Source: Nitrososphaeria archaeon (lineage in GTDB: Archaea > Thermoproteota > Nitrososphaeria > Geothermarchaeales > JDFR-13). From it: DNA of 64,000 nt. This document shows positions 19,160 through 29,566 of the stretch, piece by piece; the first letter of the stretch is position 1, and each line of letters begins with the position of its first letter. The DNA lies in NCBI GenBank assembly GCA_027078545.1, contig JALWXN010000001.1:22312-86311 (forward strand). The letters are read 5' to 3'. The translations under genes were made by a program, and so were the position numbers. Under the pieces are notes generated by a model, which did no database searches, had not been told where the DNA came from, and was given only the letters and a program-made list of their open reading frames with translations.

Positions 19160-20574
19160 TGTATGGGATGGGTATTAAGGACATAGTATCGGAGTTCCTG
19201 CGTTTCAAGAGTGGGCTGATCGGCGTCTTCCTCCTACTAATCATTGTAGGGATGGCTATCGCTGCCCCGGTAATCAGTGATGAAGAGGCGGGTTACCGCT
19301 GGTATGACATCGAGTGGTGGACAGAGAAGAACATCCCTAAGGGTGTCCCACCTGAGTGGATAGGTATTATCGAGGGTAGGGAGTATGCATCTACCACTGA
19401 GTTTACGTATACCATACCTAGTAGGGATGGCTTCAGATTTACCTTCAACATATCGTATGACATGACGGCGGACGTCCCGCCCTCGGACATAATCCTATAT
19501 ATAAACGTGTCGAAGGCTGAGGGTGCTGCGGATGAGGAGTATATCGTGATCATGAGTATCTATAGGCCTGACGGCACAAAGATCGACCGTGTCCTCGACC
19601 TGACCACAGCGGCTCCCTTGGCTAAGATTACGATCTCCACAGATGATAGGGCTAGATCCACGATAGTGACCTTCATGAAGAAATATGATCCTGAAAACTT
19701 CGAGGATATCACGTCTCGTGGCCTCCTGGAGGTTATAGATATTGTTAAGATCTTATTCTCGGAGGCTCAGGAGGATGTTCTTCTAGAGAAGGCGCCTCCT
19801 CTTAAGGGGGAGTATAAGTTTGAGATCACCCTCTTCAGGAGAAGTACCAATGTAACCTTTAACGAGGCTAAGCTGGTGGTTCTAGGCTCTGCATACGGTA
19901 TCTTCGGGACTGACAGTTTCGGAAGGGATATCTTTGTGGGTATTATCTGGGGGGCTAGGATAGCTCTCGTCCTAGGCCTCGTCGTAGCTATAGTCAGCGT
20001 CTTGATAGGGGTTGTCTATGGAACGGTTAGTGCATATGTGGGTGGATGGACGGATGAGGTCCTCCAGCGTATACAGGAGTTCGCAATCTCAATCCCCCTC
20101 CTACCACTACTCCTGATCCTGGCATACACCTTTAAGCCCACGATATGGAACCTTATACTTCTGCTCATAGTATTCTCGTGGCCAGGCCCTGTAAAGACTA
20201 TCCGCAGCATGGCCCTGCAGATACGTGAGCAGCTCTATATAACGGCTGCTAAGGCGGTAGGTGCCTCGACCTCTAGGATAGTGCTTAGATATATCCTTCC
20301 ACAGATACTGCCATACACCTTCGCACTGGTGGCCTTCGCCGTCCCAGGAGCTATCCTGACCGAGGCCGGTGTAAGCTTCCTACTAGGTGCACAGGGTACG
20401 CTGGAGATTACCTGGGGACGTATACTGAGTGACGCTGAGAGGAAGAGCGCGGTTCTCACTGGTATGTGGTGGTGGGTCCTCCCGCCAGGCCTCATGATAG
20501 CCATATCTGGCCTGGCCTTCGTCTTGATAGGCACTGCTCTGGATCGTGTCCTCAACCCGAGACTGCTCAGGTGA
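19159..20574 (+). CDS. Peptide ABC transporter permease (OppC/DppC) with large extracellular insertion
   Basis: FGTDSFGRDIF, YITAAKAVGAS, WWWVLPPG. Confidence 0.93.
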   Translation: MYGMGIKDIVSEFLRFKSGLIGVFLLLIIVGMAIAAPVISDEEAGYRWYDIEWWTEKNIPKGVPPEWIGIIEGREYASTTEFTYTIPSRDGFRFTFNISYDMTADVPPSDIILYINVSKAEGAADEEYIVIMSIYRPDGTKIDRVLDLTTAAPLAKITISTDDRARSTIVTFMKKYDPENFEDITSRGLLEVIDIVKILFSEAQEDVLLEKAPPLKGEYKFEITLFRRSTNVTFNEAKLVVLGSAYGIFGTDSFGRDIFVGIIWGARIALVLGLVVAIVSVLIGVVYGTVSAYVGGWTDEVLQRIQEFAISIPLLPLLLILAYTFKPTIWNLILLLIVFSWPGPVKTIRSMALQIREQLYITAAKAVGASTSRIVLRYILPQILPYTFALVAFAVPGAILTEAGVSFLLGAQGTLEITWGRILSDAERKSAVLTGMWWWVLPPGLMIAISGLAFVLIGTALDRVLNPRLLR

Positions 20575-20581
20575 TCTGGCC

Positions 20582-21541
20582 ATGTCGTCCGACCTAGCAC
20601 TGGATGTGAGGGATCTAAAGGTATACTACTACACCTATGCAGGTGTAGTGAAGGCAGTGGAGGGTGTCTCCTTCCAGCTCCGGAAGGGTGAGACCCTCGG
20701 GCTGGCCGGTGAGTCTGGGTGTGGCAAGAGTACGCTGGGCTTCTCTTTGATGAACCTAGTCCCCCCGCCCGGCAGGATAGCTGGTGGGAGCATCTACCTA
20801 GACGGTATGGATATCGCGAAGATGAGTGAGGAGGAGCTTAGGAGGAAGATTAGGTGGAAGAAGATCAGCATGGTCTTCCAGGGGGCTATGAACGCATTGA
20901 CACCAGTATACAAGATTGGTGACCAGCTGGCCGAGCCCCTCATGGTCCATAAGGGGCTGGAGAAGAATGAGGCTATAGAGGAGGCCAAGAAGATCCTCCC
21001 CAAGGTCGGCCTCGACCCAGAGATTGTGAATAGGTATCCACATGAGCTTAGCGGTGGGATGAAGCAGCGTGTAATGATTGCTATGGCCCTTGTCCTGAGG
21101 CCGGAGGTCGTCATAGCTGATGAGCCTACAACGGCTCTAGACGTGATTGTCCAGGCCCAGATCCTCAACCTCCTGAAGAGCCTTAAGAAGGAATTCAACA
21201 TCAGCTTGATACTCATCTCGCACGACCTGAGTATCATGGCTGAGGTGGTTGAGAGGCTAGCGATAATGTATGCAGGTAAGATGGTGGAGATAGGCTCCAG
21301 CGATGAGCTCTTCGCGGATCCCAAGCATCCCTATACTCAGGGCCTCCTAAAGAGTATCCCCAAACTGACTGAGAAGGGCCTCCACTACATCCCTGGAACG
21401 CCTCCAGACCTTAGGAACCCGCCCCAGGGATGTAGGTTCGCCGATAGGTGTCCATTCGTATTTGATAAGTGTAGGCGGGAGGAGCCCCCGATGTTCAAGG
21501 TGGGGGAGACCCAGTATGCCGCGTGCTGGCTATATGAGTAG
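20582..21541 (+). CDS. Peptide ABC transporter ATPase (OppD)
   Basis: GESGCGKST, YPHELSGGMKQR, DEPTTALD, C-terminal GCRF..RC. Confidence 0.95.
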   Translation: MSSDLALDVRDLKVYYYTYAGVVKAVEGVSFQLRKGETLGLAGESGCGKSTLGFSLMNLVPPPGRIAGGSIYLDGMDIAKMSEEELRRKIRWKKISMVFQGAMNALTPVYKIGDQLAEPLMVHKGLEKNEAIEEAKKILPKVGLDPEIVNRYPHELSGGMKQRVMIAMALVLRPEVVIADEPTTALDVIVQAQILNLLKSLKKEFNISLILISHDLSIMAEVVERLAIMYAGKMVEIGSSDELFADPKHPYTQGLLKSIPKLTEKGLHYIPGTPPDLRNPPQGCRFADRCPFVFDKCRREEPPMFKVGETQYAACWLYE

Positions 21542-21544
21542 GAG

Positions 21545-22672
21545 GTGGGCATCATGACAAAGGAGTTCACCCCCCAGGACTATGTGAAGGAGCTTGGCGA
21601 GGATGATCTCCTCGCTGTGAGGGACCTTGTGAAATACTTCCCTATACGCCGCTCCGTCATCGACGTGATAGCTAGGCGTAGGCAGAAATTTGTAAGGGCT
21701 GTTGACCACATCTCATTCGACATAAAGAAGGGTGTGATCTTCTCCCTCGTAGGTGAGTCAGGCTGTGGTAAGACCACCACGGGAATGACGCTTGTACGTC
21801 TATACGACCCTACCTCTGGCCACATATTCTTCAAGGTTGATGAGGAGACGAGGAAGAAGCTAGACGACATCTCCGGTGGCAGGATAAAGTTCTACGATGG
21901 ATACGTGGACCTTGCACAGGTGCCTAGTAAGTGGATGAAGCCGCTCAGGACGAAGCTCCAGATCATCTTCCAAGACCCATACTCCTCACTCAACCCTGCA
22001 TATAGGATTAGGGACATATTGATGGAGCCCCTCATAATACATGGCATAGGTGACAGCCCTGAGGAGAGGTATGAGATCATACTGAAGGCCCTTGAGGCGG
22101 TTAAGCTTGTCCCCGCCGAGGATATTGCGAACCGCTTCCCCCACATGCTCAGCGGTGGCCAGAGGCAGCGTGTAAACATTGCGAAGGCCCTACTCCTAAA
22201 CCCCTCATTCGTGGTTGCTGATGAGCCTATAGCCATGATAGACGTCTCGCTCAGGGCTGAGGTTCTACTCTCGATCCTAGACCTCAAGGAGAAGTTCGGT
22301 GTCAGCGTCCTATTCATCACACACGACCTGACCATAGCCTATAACATCAGCGACTATATCGGGGTGATGTATCTAGGTAAGCTGGTGGAGCTGGGCTCGG
22401 CCGAGCAGATCATTAAAAACCCGCTACACCCGTATACACAGGCATTGGTAGCGGCTATACCCATCCCAGACCCAAAGAGGAGGCACATCATAAAGGACAT
22501 AAGGATCAAGGGCGAGATCACGAGTGCGGTCAACGTACCCCCTGGCTGCCGCTTCCACCCGAGATGCGTTGCCTTCGACGAGCATCCCGAGGTTCAGGCT
22601 AGGTGTAAAGCCGAGGAACCCAGGCTTATAGAGGTAGAGAAGGGCCACTACGTCGCTTGCCACCTCTACTAA
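21545..22672 (+). CDS. Peptide ABC transporter ATPase (OppF)
   Basis: GESGCGKTT, LSGGQRQR, HPYT, GCRFHPRC, VACHLY. Confidence 0.95.
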   Translation: MGIMTKEFTPQDYVKELGEDDLLAVRDLVKYFPIRRSVIDVIARRRQKFVRAVDHISFDIKKGVIFSLVGESGCGKTTTGMTLVRLYDPTSGHIFFKVDEETRKKLDDISGGRIKFYDGYVDLAQVPSKWMKPLRTKLQIIFQDPYSSLNPAYRIRDILMEPLIIHGIGDSPEERYEIILKALEAVKLVPAEDIANRFPHMLSGGQRQRVNIAKALLLNPSFVVADEPIAMIDVSLRAEVLLSILDLKEKFGVSVLFITHDLTIAYNISDYIGVMYLGKLVELGSAEQIIKNPLHPYTQALVAAIPIPDPKRRHIIKDIRIKGEITSAVNVPPGCRFHPRCVAFDEHPEVQARCKAEEPRLIEVEKGHYVACHLY

Positions 22673-22806
22673 CTGGCTAACCAGCAACTAAAATCCTTTT
22701 TCCACATATTCCTAAAAATGAGGTTTTACACTGGATTTCCACGGGTTTTGGGGCTTTAAGATATATAAAGCCTGTGTCCGTGTATAATTTGTGAGGTGTT
22801 ACTTCT

Positions 22807-25734
22807 ATGAATAGGGCAGCATGGTCCATAGTACTCGCTATTCTACTCGTGTTGCCGGTGTTCTTCATCCAGGCACCAGTATATGCCCAGGAGAGGCCGG
22901 GGCCACCTGCAGACAAGGTTCTCGTAGAGGTTAGGCTGACGCAGGATGTCGGTCTAGCAGACGTAGCTGCTGGTAAGGCAGACATATTCATGTGGGGTGT
23001 CTCACCAGCGACGCTGGCCCAGCTCTCAGAGGCTCTGAGGCAGAACCTTAAGACCTACCAGTCAAGGTCCTCATTCTGGTCATATGTCTTCAACCCTGTG
23101 GAGAGCCCTGAGCTGGGTCCAGGCATAGTGAACACGACATCCGGTGAGGTACACTTCAACCCATTCGCTATCAGGGAAGTAAGGTTCGCCATGAACTACG
23201 CCCTTAACAGGAAGTTCCTGATCGACGAGATCCTGCTGGGCGGCGGTGAGCCGATGTACTCACCAGTGATGGTCAGCAACCCGTTCCACGTGTGGGTTGA
23301 GCCATTCATCAGGGAGTTCGGCTTCACCGAGGAGGGCAACCTAGAGCTTGCAAAGCAGATGGTTGACGCAGCCCTTACAGAGGTGGCTAACCAGCTAGAG
23401 GGTACAGGATATACCTTGGAGAAGGTCACTGATCCAGAGTCCCCAGCAGGGTTCTGGTGGAAGTTTAGCGGTCCAGGCGTGCCTGGCGGTGAGGAGATTG
23501 TAACTGTGAAGTTCATAGTAAGGGTTGAGGATGAGAGGAGAGAGGGTGGTAGGGCCTTCGCCTCATGGATAGAGCAGACAGGTATAAAGGTTGAGATCGC
23601 CGAGACTGAGAGGAGGCTCGCCATCAGCACGGTATACATTACAAACCCAAGGGACTATAGGTGGAACATCTATACCGAGGGCTGGATATCGCTCTCGGAC
23701 TTCCCATACATTGAGCTCGATGCAGTATTCTTCTACTCATCGACCTTCGGCTTCGTACCTGCATTCCCACTGGAGGACTGGATAGTATATAGGAACGAGA
23801 CAATTGACGAGCTATCCTTCCAGCTGGTTCAGGGTACACTCCCAGATAAGGAGTCCTATGAGCAGACAGTGAAGACTCTTATCAAGATGGGTATGCAGGA
23901 GTCTGTCAGGGTATTCGCCGTTAACACGATCGAGTATTGGGCAGCCAGCGCAGACCTGACCAACGTGATACCTGGATTCGTAACTGGTCCGGCTAACATG
24001 TGGTTCTACAGGACGGCGACTACTGAGGACGGTATCATTAGGCTTCTAGAGTATTCTGCCCAGGGTCAGCTATTCCTGACGGTGTGGAACCCAGTTCTAG
24101 GTTTCCAGGGTTACTACGCAGAGATTATAAGGGCGGCTGTTAGGGACTACGGTATATTCCCACACCCGAGGCTAGGTGAGCCAACAGCTGTGAGGGCTGA
24201 CTTCGTGGTTGAGAAGCAGTTCGATATAGTGGAGGGTACACTAGTGCCTCAGTACCCAGTGCCGGCAACGGCATTGGTGTTCGACCCAGTGGCTGAGGAG
24301 TGGGTAGAGATTGGTGAGGAGACTACATCGCTGGTCAAGATAACGTACAACTTCAAGTTCAGCAAGTTCCACGACGGCACAATGATGGGTATAGCTGATG
24401 TCATGGCTGCACTGGCCTTCACATATGAGTGGGCTAGCATGGACTTTGAGGGCGACCCGTTCTACGACAGCTCAATAGATAGTGGCGCTACACCATTCCT
24501 AGAGACAATTAAGGGTATAGAGATAATTAACGAGACTGCTATAGCTGTATATGCTGACTATTATCACCCGTACTCCGACGGAGCAATTGCAATGAACTAT
24601 GACTTCTTTACAGACCTACCGGTGCAGATCTGGGATGCTATGGAGTACGTAGTAGTGGCCAATGGCCCAGCAACTGGTACAGACTACTACTGGGAGGATG
24701 TTGAGCCAGAGGTCGGTCTGGACCTGATTAGTGCGTCCCACGCAGAGGACATCAAGGCTGCTATGGAGAACCTACTTAACGAGGGCTGGACCGTAGAGGT
24801 AAATGGCAGCGTCGTGAGGCAGATAGACGCTCCATACGTATCGCCATACGCAGCACCATGGCTAACGGCTGACGAGGCTGCTGAAAGGTTCCAGAACTCG
24901 ATAGCCTTCATCGAGGAGTTTGGCCACGCATACATTAGCAACGGTCCATTCATGATCGAGCAGTATAGGCCTGAGGAGAGGTTCATGGAGCTAACAGCCT
25001 TCAGGGATGAGTCCTATCCATTCACTGAGCAGCAGTTCCTAGAGCAGTTCTCAGTTGCCTTCCTAAGGATCGACGCTGTAGAGGTGCCTGACGACATGTT
25101 CGTCGGTGAGGACATACCAGTAACAGTCTACCTGACCTACGTAGAGACATTCCCGAACGAGATCGCAGTACCAGCATCACAGGGTGAGGTCATTGTAAAG
25201 CTATTGACTCTAGACGGTGAGGAGATAGCTGCTGCAAGGGCCAGTCTAATAGAGCCAGGTAGGTTCGACGCCATACTGCCAGGTGCCAGGACAAGAGGCA
25301 TAGCCCCAGGAGTATACCAGATAGAGGTATTCGCAACATTCGGTGGCCTATATGGATGGAAGCAGGTCATCACTGTAGAGCTCCAGCCCAACCCGACACA
25401 GACGAGGCTAGATGAGATAACTGACAGGCTCAACGGCCTGTCAGAGGCCTTGGCACAGCTCTCTGACAACCTAGCCAACGCACTTAACAGCGTAAGCGAG
25501 GCCCTAGGCGAGATAGACACAGCCATCTCCGGCCTAGGCGACCAGCTAGGCAACCTTGGTGACCAGCTAGACAACCAGGCACAGACTCAGACGCAGCAGT
25601 TCAACGACCTACAGAACTCGCTAGACGAGCTGTCACAGAAGCTAGACGCACTATCAATGGTGACGACGCTGCTGATACTGATAGTGATACTGCAGCTAGC
25701 ATCCATCGGACTCTTCTTCATCAAGAGGAAGTAG
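22807..25734 (+). CDS. Peptide ABC transporter substrate-binding protein with coiled-coil stalk and C-terminal membrane anchor
   Basis: Signal peptide; NPFAIREVRFAMNYALNR; ISNGPFMI; heptad stretch, TM helix and KRK end. Confidence 0.9.
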   Translation: MNRAAWSIVLAILLVLPVFFIQAPVYAQERPGPPADKVLVEVRLTQDVGLADVAAGKADIFMWGVSPATLAQLSEALRQNLKTYQSRSSFWSYVFNPVESPELGPGIVNTTSGEVHFNPFAIREVRFAMNYALNRKFLIDEILLGGGEPMYSPVMVSNPFHVWVEPFIREFGFTEEGNLELAKQMVDAALTEVANQLEGTGYTLEKVTDPESPAGFWWKFSGPGVPGGEEIVTVKFIVRVEDERREGGRAFASWIEQTGIKVEIAETERRLAISTVYITNPRDYRWNIYTEGWISLSDFPYIELDAVFFYSSTFGFVPAFPLEDWIVYRNETIDELSFQLVQGTLPDKESYEQTVKTLIKMGMQESVRVFAVNTIEYWAASADLTNVIPGFVTGPANMWFYRTATTEDGIIRLLEYSAQGQLFLTVWNPVLGFQGYYAEIIRAAVRDYGIFPHPRLGEPTAVRADFVVEKQFDIVEGTLVPQYPVPATALVFDPVAEEWVEIGEETTSLVKITYNFKFSKFHDGTMMGIADVMAALAFTYEWASMDFEGDPFYDSSIDSGATPFLETIKGIEIINETAIAVYADYYHPYSDGAIAMNYDFFTDLPVQIWDAMEYVVVANGPATGTDYYWEDVEPEVGLDLISASHAEDIKAAMENLLNEGWTVEVNGSVVRQIDAPYVSPYAAPWLTADEAAERFQNSIAFIEEFGHAYISNGPFMIEQYRPEERFMELTAFRDESYPFTEQQFLEQFSVAFLRIDAVEVPDDMFVGEDIPVTVYLTYVETFPNEIAVPASQGEVIVKLLTLDGEEIAAARASLIEPGRFDAILPGARTRGIAPGVYQIEVFATFGGLYGWKQVITVELQPNPTQTRLDEITDRLNGLSEALAQLSDNLANALNSVSEALGEIDTAISGLGDQLGNLGDQLDNQAQTQTQQFNDLQNSLDELSQKLDALSMVTTLLILIVILQLASIGLFFIKRK

Positions 25735-25740
25735 CCCACC

Positions 25741-25755
25741 CAACCCCTCCTTTTT
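25741..25755 (+). terminator. Probable oligo-T terminator after the SBP gene
   Basis: CAACCCCTCCTTTTT just after the stop; near-identical CAACCCCTCATTTTT follows 59747..60493. Confidence 0.5.
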
Positions 25756-25855
25756 AAAACCCTCCAAAATTTTTATAAAACCCTCCTGACGGATACATAA
25801 CTCCTCCTAGAGATATCAAACCCTTTATGAGGGCATACAACCAACATATAATGGT

Positions 25856-27004
25856 ATGTCTAGAGGCGGTGGTAGCTTTGCACGATACTTGGTAGCTATA
25901 TATCTATCGACCCTCATCATAGGGCTCCTCCTCACTTATTGGGTGGCCAAGTCGGAGGTGGATTCCGCTGTATCTGGTGTAGAGATAGAGGTGCTCGCAA
26001 AGATATATAGCCTATCCTACCAGGCGGAGAACATTACCCAGCCAAAATTCAATAACTTGACTCGGGAGTTGTTGGGTCTCGAGCCCGAGAGGCTCTACGG
26101 CTTCCTATATATTGCCCAGCCGGAGACTAGTTGGGTCTATAGGGCTGGATACATAAACATATTCCTATTCTTCGGTGGGTTTGACAGTAGGTATTTCGCC
26201 GGGTTCTCCATCCCCAGGATACAGTTCTTCCTAGCAACACCTGATTATGACGAGCTGGGAATCGATGAGCCTGGTGATGGTGAGGTATTGATTGTTCTGG
26301 ATGAGAGGTATAGGCTTAGGGATGACCCTATCTTTGAGGTGGTACTTGATGAGAGTTGGCTGGCTCTGTACTATCCAAGTGTATTGTCAATAAACCTGAC
26401 CTACACCACAATATTCATGGATACGGAGCCCCTGAGAAGAGCACTAGGGATACCCGAGGAGGTTGGGTATGATGGTGAGACATATGACTTCACAAGGACG
26501 CCGCCGATCTATCTATTGGTGAACCTGAAGACCTATGCAGACATCCTCGATGTTACATACCCCGTTATCTCGGGAGAGGTGCTTAGGGCGGAGTGGGTGC
26601 TGAGCGGCTTCGAGACATATGTAGAGGCGGCCTCCAAACCAGTCTCTCTCAGGGAGCGGATCATTAATGTCGTGTACTCCCTTGGGATAGAGGATGTGGA
26701 GGTAGTCTTGCTAAATATTGATGAGCTTGATAGGGCTGCTAGGCCAGCCAATCTCTACTCCCTATATGGGATCATATTCCTTGTGGTGGCTACAATCCCC
26801 GCCTTATACCTCGGCAGACGTTATAGGCGTAGAAGAGCCGGTCTAGACGGCTACGCAGTGATGGTGTATCTACTCATCCTGATCATCCTTATAGCCGTTC
26901 TGAGGATCCAGTACTACGTTAACCTTGTGACACTACTCCTATACGCTACACTACCCATACTCGTCTCCCTCTACATCAGCCTTAAATCTAGGCGGCGCAT
27001 ATGA
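25856..27004 (+). CDS. Hypothetical membrane protein
   Basis: N-terminal TM, large extracellular domain, three C-terminal TM helices. Confidence 0.7.
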   Translation: MSRGGGSFARYLVAIYLSTLIIGLLLTYWVAKSEVDSAVSGVEIEVLAKIYSLSYQAENITQPKFNNLTRELLGLEPERLYGFLYIAQPETSWVYRAGYINIFLFFGGFDSRYFAGFSIPRIQFFLATPDYDELGIDEPGDGEVLIVLDERYRLRDDPIFEVVLDESWLALYYPSVLSINLTYTTIFMDTEPLRRALGIPEEVGYDGETYDFTRTPPIYLLVNLKTYADILDVTYPVISGEVLRAEWVLSGFETYVEAASKPVSLRERIINVVYSLGIEDVEVVLLNIDELDRAARPANLYSLYGIIFLVVATIPALYLGRRYRRRRAGLDGYAVMVYLLILIILIAVLRIQYYVNLVTLLLYATLPILVSLYISLKSRRRI

Positions 27005-27050
27005 AGATATCTTAATCTCCGGGAAGTGGGGAGGGTGGGTTTGGAGATCC

Positions 27051-28892
27051 ATGTCTAAGAAGGTCTCTCTGAAGAGGGAGATAGGTCTACTCGGCTCCTT
27101 CTCCATGGGCTTCGCAGATGTTGGTGCAGATGTCTTCCTAGCCATAGGTATAGTTGCACTATATGCAGCCGGTTTCTCACCACTAGCATTCTTAATAGCC
27201 TCTATATGCTACATAACGACTGGCCTAGTCTATGCGGAGCTCAGTGAGCTATATCCCTATGCAGGTGGCGCACAGGTATATGGAACTAAGGCGGGTGGTG
27301 ATGCTTTAGGATTTCTGATGGGATGGGCAATACTTCTTGACTATGTCTTGAACATCGCCCTATTCTCCATAGCCTCTGCTGGATACCTCTCATTTATACT
27401 CCCCAACCTCAGAGAAGAAATTAGTTTTCTGGGTTTGGAGCTTAGTGGTGTAGGCGTAACTGCCTTCAGCATCGTGATTTTTCTGATAATCCTTAACATT
27501 ATAGGTATTAAAGAGTCTAGTGATTTCAACGTAGTACTCGTTCTTGTAACCATAGCTACTGAGTTGGCGGTGCTTAGCCTTGGATACCTATACGCATTCG
27601 ATTTAGACCGTTTCTTTGAACAGTTGAACTATTTTGGAAATCCAGAGGGAGTGAAGTATGTCTCCTACACAGGACTTCTAGATGTACGGACAGAGAACTT
27701 CCTATATGGCGTCACCCTCGCCATGAGTAGCTACATAGGAATTGAATCAATAGCACAGGCGGCTGAGGAGACTAGGAATCCTTGGAAACATCTCCACAGA
27801 GCTTTTAAAATTGGGATTGTAGCAGTCGTCTTTTTCACCCTCGCCTTTTCAATCCTAGGTTTGGGGGTTCTGGGCTGGGAAGTTCTTGCCGAGGAGGCAT
27901 ATAACCCGATAGCATCTATAGCTAGTAAGGTTCCAGTTATTGGTGGGATATTCTCACTAAGTGTAGCCTTCGTGGCGTTTGCTATAAACATGGTATCTAC
28001 AAATACGGGTGTCATCGGTGTTTCTCGTGTAGTATATAGCATGTCCAGATTCAAGATGCTGCCCAAGGTGTTTAGTAGGTTACACCCCACTAGGGCCACT
28101 CCATATGTTAGCATCATAGTCTTTAGTTTGATAGGTGGATCCCTAGCCCTAACGGGGGAAATACACTTTGTAGCCAGTCTCTACAACTTTGGTGCTTTGC
28201 TAAGCTACTTCTTAGTAAACCTTAGTCATATAAGGCTGAGGAAGATAGATAAAGAGGCTTACAGACACTGGAAGACACCACTCAACATAAAGATAAAAGG
28301 TGTAGAGTATAGCCTCGTATCGATCGTTGGGTTGGTATCTACAGGTGTTCTTTTCAGTCTTGTCGTCATCTACCACCCAGATGGAAGGATACTAGGGTTT
28401 ACTTGGATGTTCATCGGAGCCCTGCTCTATGTAGCTTACAGAAAGGCGAAGGGCTGGGGCGTCTTTGAAAGGAGAAGCGTGGAAGAGATACCACCAGCAA
28501 CCCCACACCTTAGAACAGCAGTAATAGTGAAGCCTGGGGTGGATCCGAGAAGAGTATTAGCCGCCATAGAAACACAGCTTCCAAGGATACATAGAATATT
28601 TCTCATTGGCCACTTGGATATACCTAGTGGTGGTGGAAAGGTGGCTGTCGATTTGGCTAAGGAGTTTGACAGGGAGCTGGAAACTTTAGAGAGACTTCTA
28701 AGAGAGGCTGGATATCTCGTGGAGCACCGTATATTCGTTGGTGGGGAGGATGGGCTTATGAGGCTTCTAAGCGACTTATCAGTGGATCAGGCGGCCTTCA
28801 TAGCGCCTAAGAGGGTGTTTAGGAAGGCTGGGCGCTGGGGCCTGCTACGCCTCCCCGCTGGTGTCGAGCCTATCTACCTATATATAGACTAG
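27051..28892 (+). CDS. APC-family amino acid permease with C-terminal soluble (USP-like) domain
   Basis: YAELSELYPYAGG, GIESIAQAAEE, SRVVYSMSR..LHP...TP. Confidence 0.9.
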   Translation: MSKKVSLKREIGLLGSFSMGFADVGADVFLAIGIVALYAAGFSPLAFLIASICYITTGLVYAELSELYPYAGGAQVYGTKAGGDALGFLMGWAILLDYVLNIALFSIASAGYLSFILPNLREEISFLGLELSGVGVTAFSIVIFLIILNIIGIKESSDFNVVLVLVTIATELAVLSLGYLYAFDLDRFFEQLNYFGNPEGVKYVSYTGLLDVRTENFLYGVTLAMSSYIGIESIAQAAEETRNPWKHLHRAFKIGIVAVVFFTLAFSILGLGVLGWEVLAEEAYNPIASIASKVPVIGGIFSLSVAFVAFAINMVSTNTGVIGVSRVVYSMSRFKMLPKVFSRLHPTRATPYVSIIVFSLIGGSLALTGEIHFVASLYNFGALLSYFLVNLSHIRLRKIDKEAYRHWKTPLNIKIKGVEYSLVSIVGLVSTGVLFSLVVIYHPDGRILGFTWMFIGALLYVAYRKAKGWGVFERRSVEEIPPATPHLRTAVIVKPGVDPRRVLAAIETQLPRIHRIFLIGHLDIPSGGGKVAVDLAKEFDRELETLERLLREAGYLVEHRIFVGGEDGLMRLLSDLSVDQAAFIAPKRVFRKAGRWGLLRLPAGVEPIYLYID

Positions 28893-28910
28893 TGGGGGAA
28901 GTGGTATTGT

Positions 28911-29147
28911 ATGAAGGCGATTGTCCTGATCGTGGTTGAGCCGAATAAGCTTGACCATGTATGTAAGGAGCTGAGTAAGATAGAGGAGGTTGTGAAGGTC
29001 TACGAGATAACCGGGGAGTTCGACGTATTCATAGAGGTGGATATGGAGGATGTACAGAGCTTTAGACGCCTCCTCAAGGATAAGATTATGAAGATCAGTG
29101 GTGTCCGCATGACCCAGAGCAGCATAGTCATAGGTGAGTGGAAGTAG
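28911..29147 (+). CDS. Stand-alone Lrp/AsnC ligand-binding (RAM) domain protein
   Basis: VYEITGEFDV...ISGVRMTQSSIV; no HTH. Confidence 0.88.
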   Translation: MKAIVLIVVEPNKLDHVCKELSKIEEVVKVYEITGEFDVFIEVDMEDVQSFRRLLKDKIMKISGVRMTQSSIVIGEWK

Positions 29148-29563
29148 TGATGCGCCTCCTCATCCCAGTAGGGCTATACACATCCCCATACCCATATCTA
29201 CACCTCCCGAAGATCGTGGGGCCGCAGGAGGTGGAGGCGACGGTATTCACAGCGATCCCCATACCCCAGGTAACTAGTCTGGACCATGTGCGTGAGGAGG
29301 AGCTTGAGATCATAAAGAAGTATCAGGATAAGCTACGGGAGATCGGGGGTGTGTTGAGGGATCTGGGCTACACTGTGACGGAGAAGATCGTCTTCGCCCG
29401 TGACGTCGCCGAGGCTATATACCAAGAGTCTATCGAGACTCCATACGACCTCATAGTCCTGGTTAAGAGGAAGAAGCCGCCACGCTTCCTAGGCAGGAGT
29501 GTGAGCAGGTCACTTATACATAGGGTTGACAAGCCACTCCTAATCCTGACCATGGAGGACTAG
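29138..29563 (+). CDS. Universal stress protein
   Basis: YDLIVL...FLGRSVSRSLIHRVDKPLLIL. Confidence 0.8.
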   Translation: MEVVMRLLIPVGLYTSPYPYLHLPKIVGPQEVEATVFTAIPIPQVTSLDHVREEELEIIKKYQDKLREIGGVLRDLGYTVTEKIVFARDVAEAIYQESIETPYDLIVLVKRKKPPRFLGRSVSRSLIHRVDKPLLILTMED

Positions 29564-29566
29564 GCC

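Noticed and set aside
25741-25790. Short repeats TTTT(A)TAAAACCCTCC as a CRISPR remnant
   Set aside because: Two imperfect copies with no spacers; better explained as terminator sequence
27240-28700. Lower G+C inside the APC permease (and the CPA1 gene) as horizontal transfer
   Set aside because: Could reflect hydrophobic codon bias; no boundaries or mobility signs
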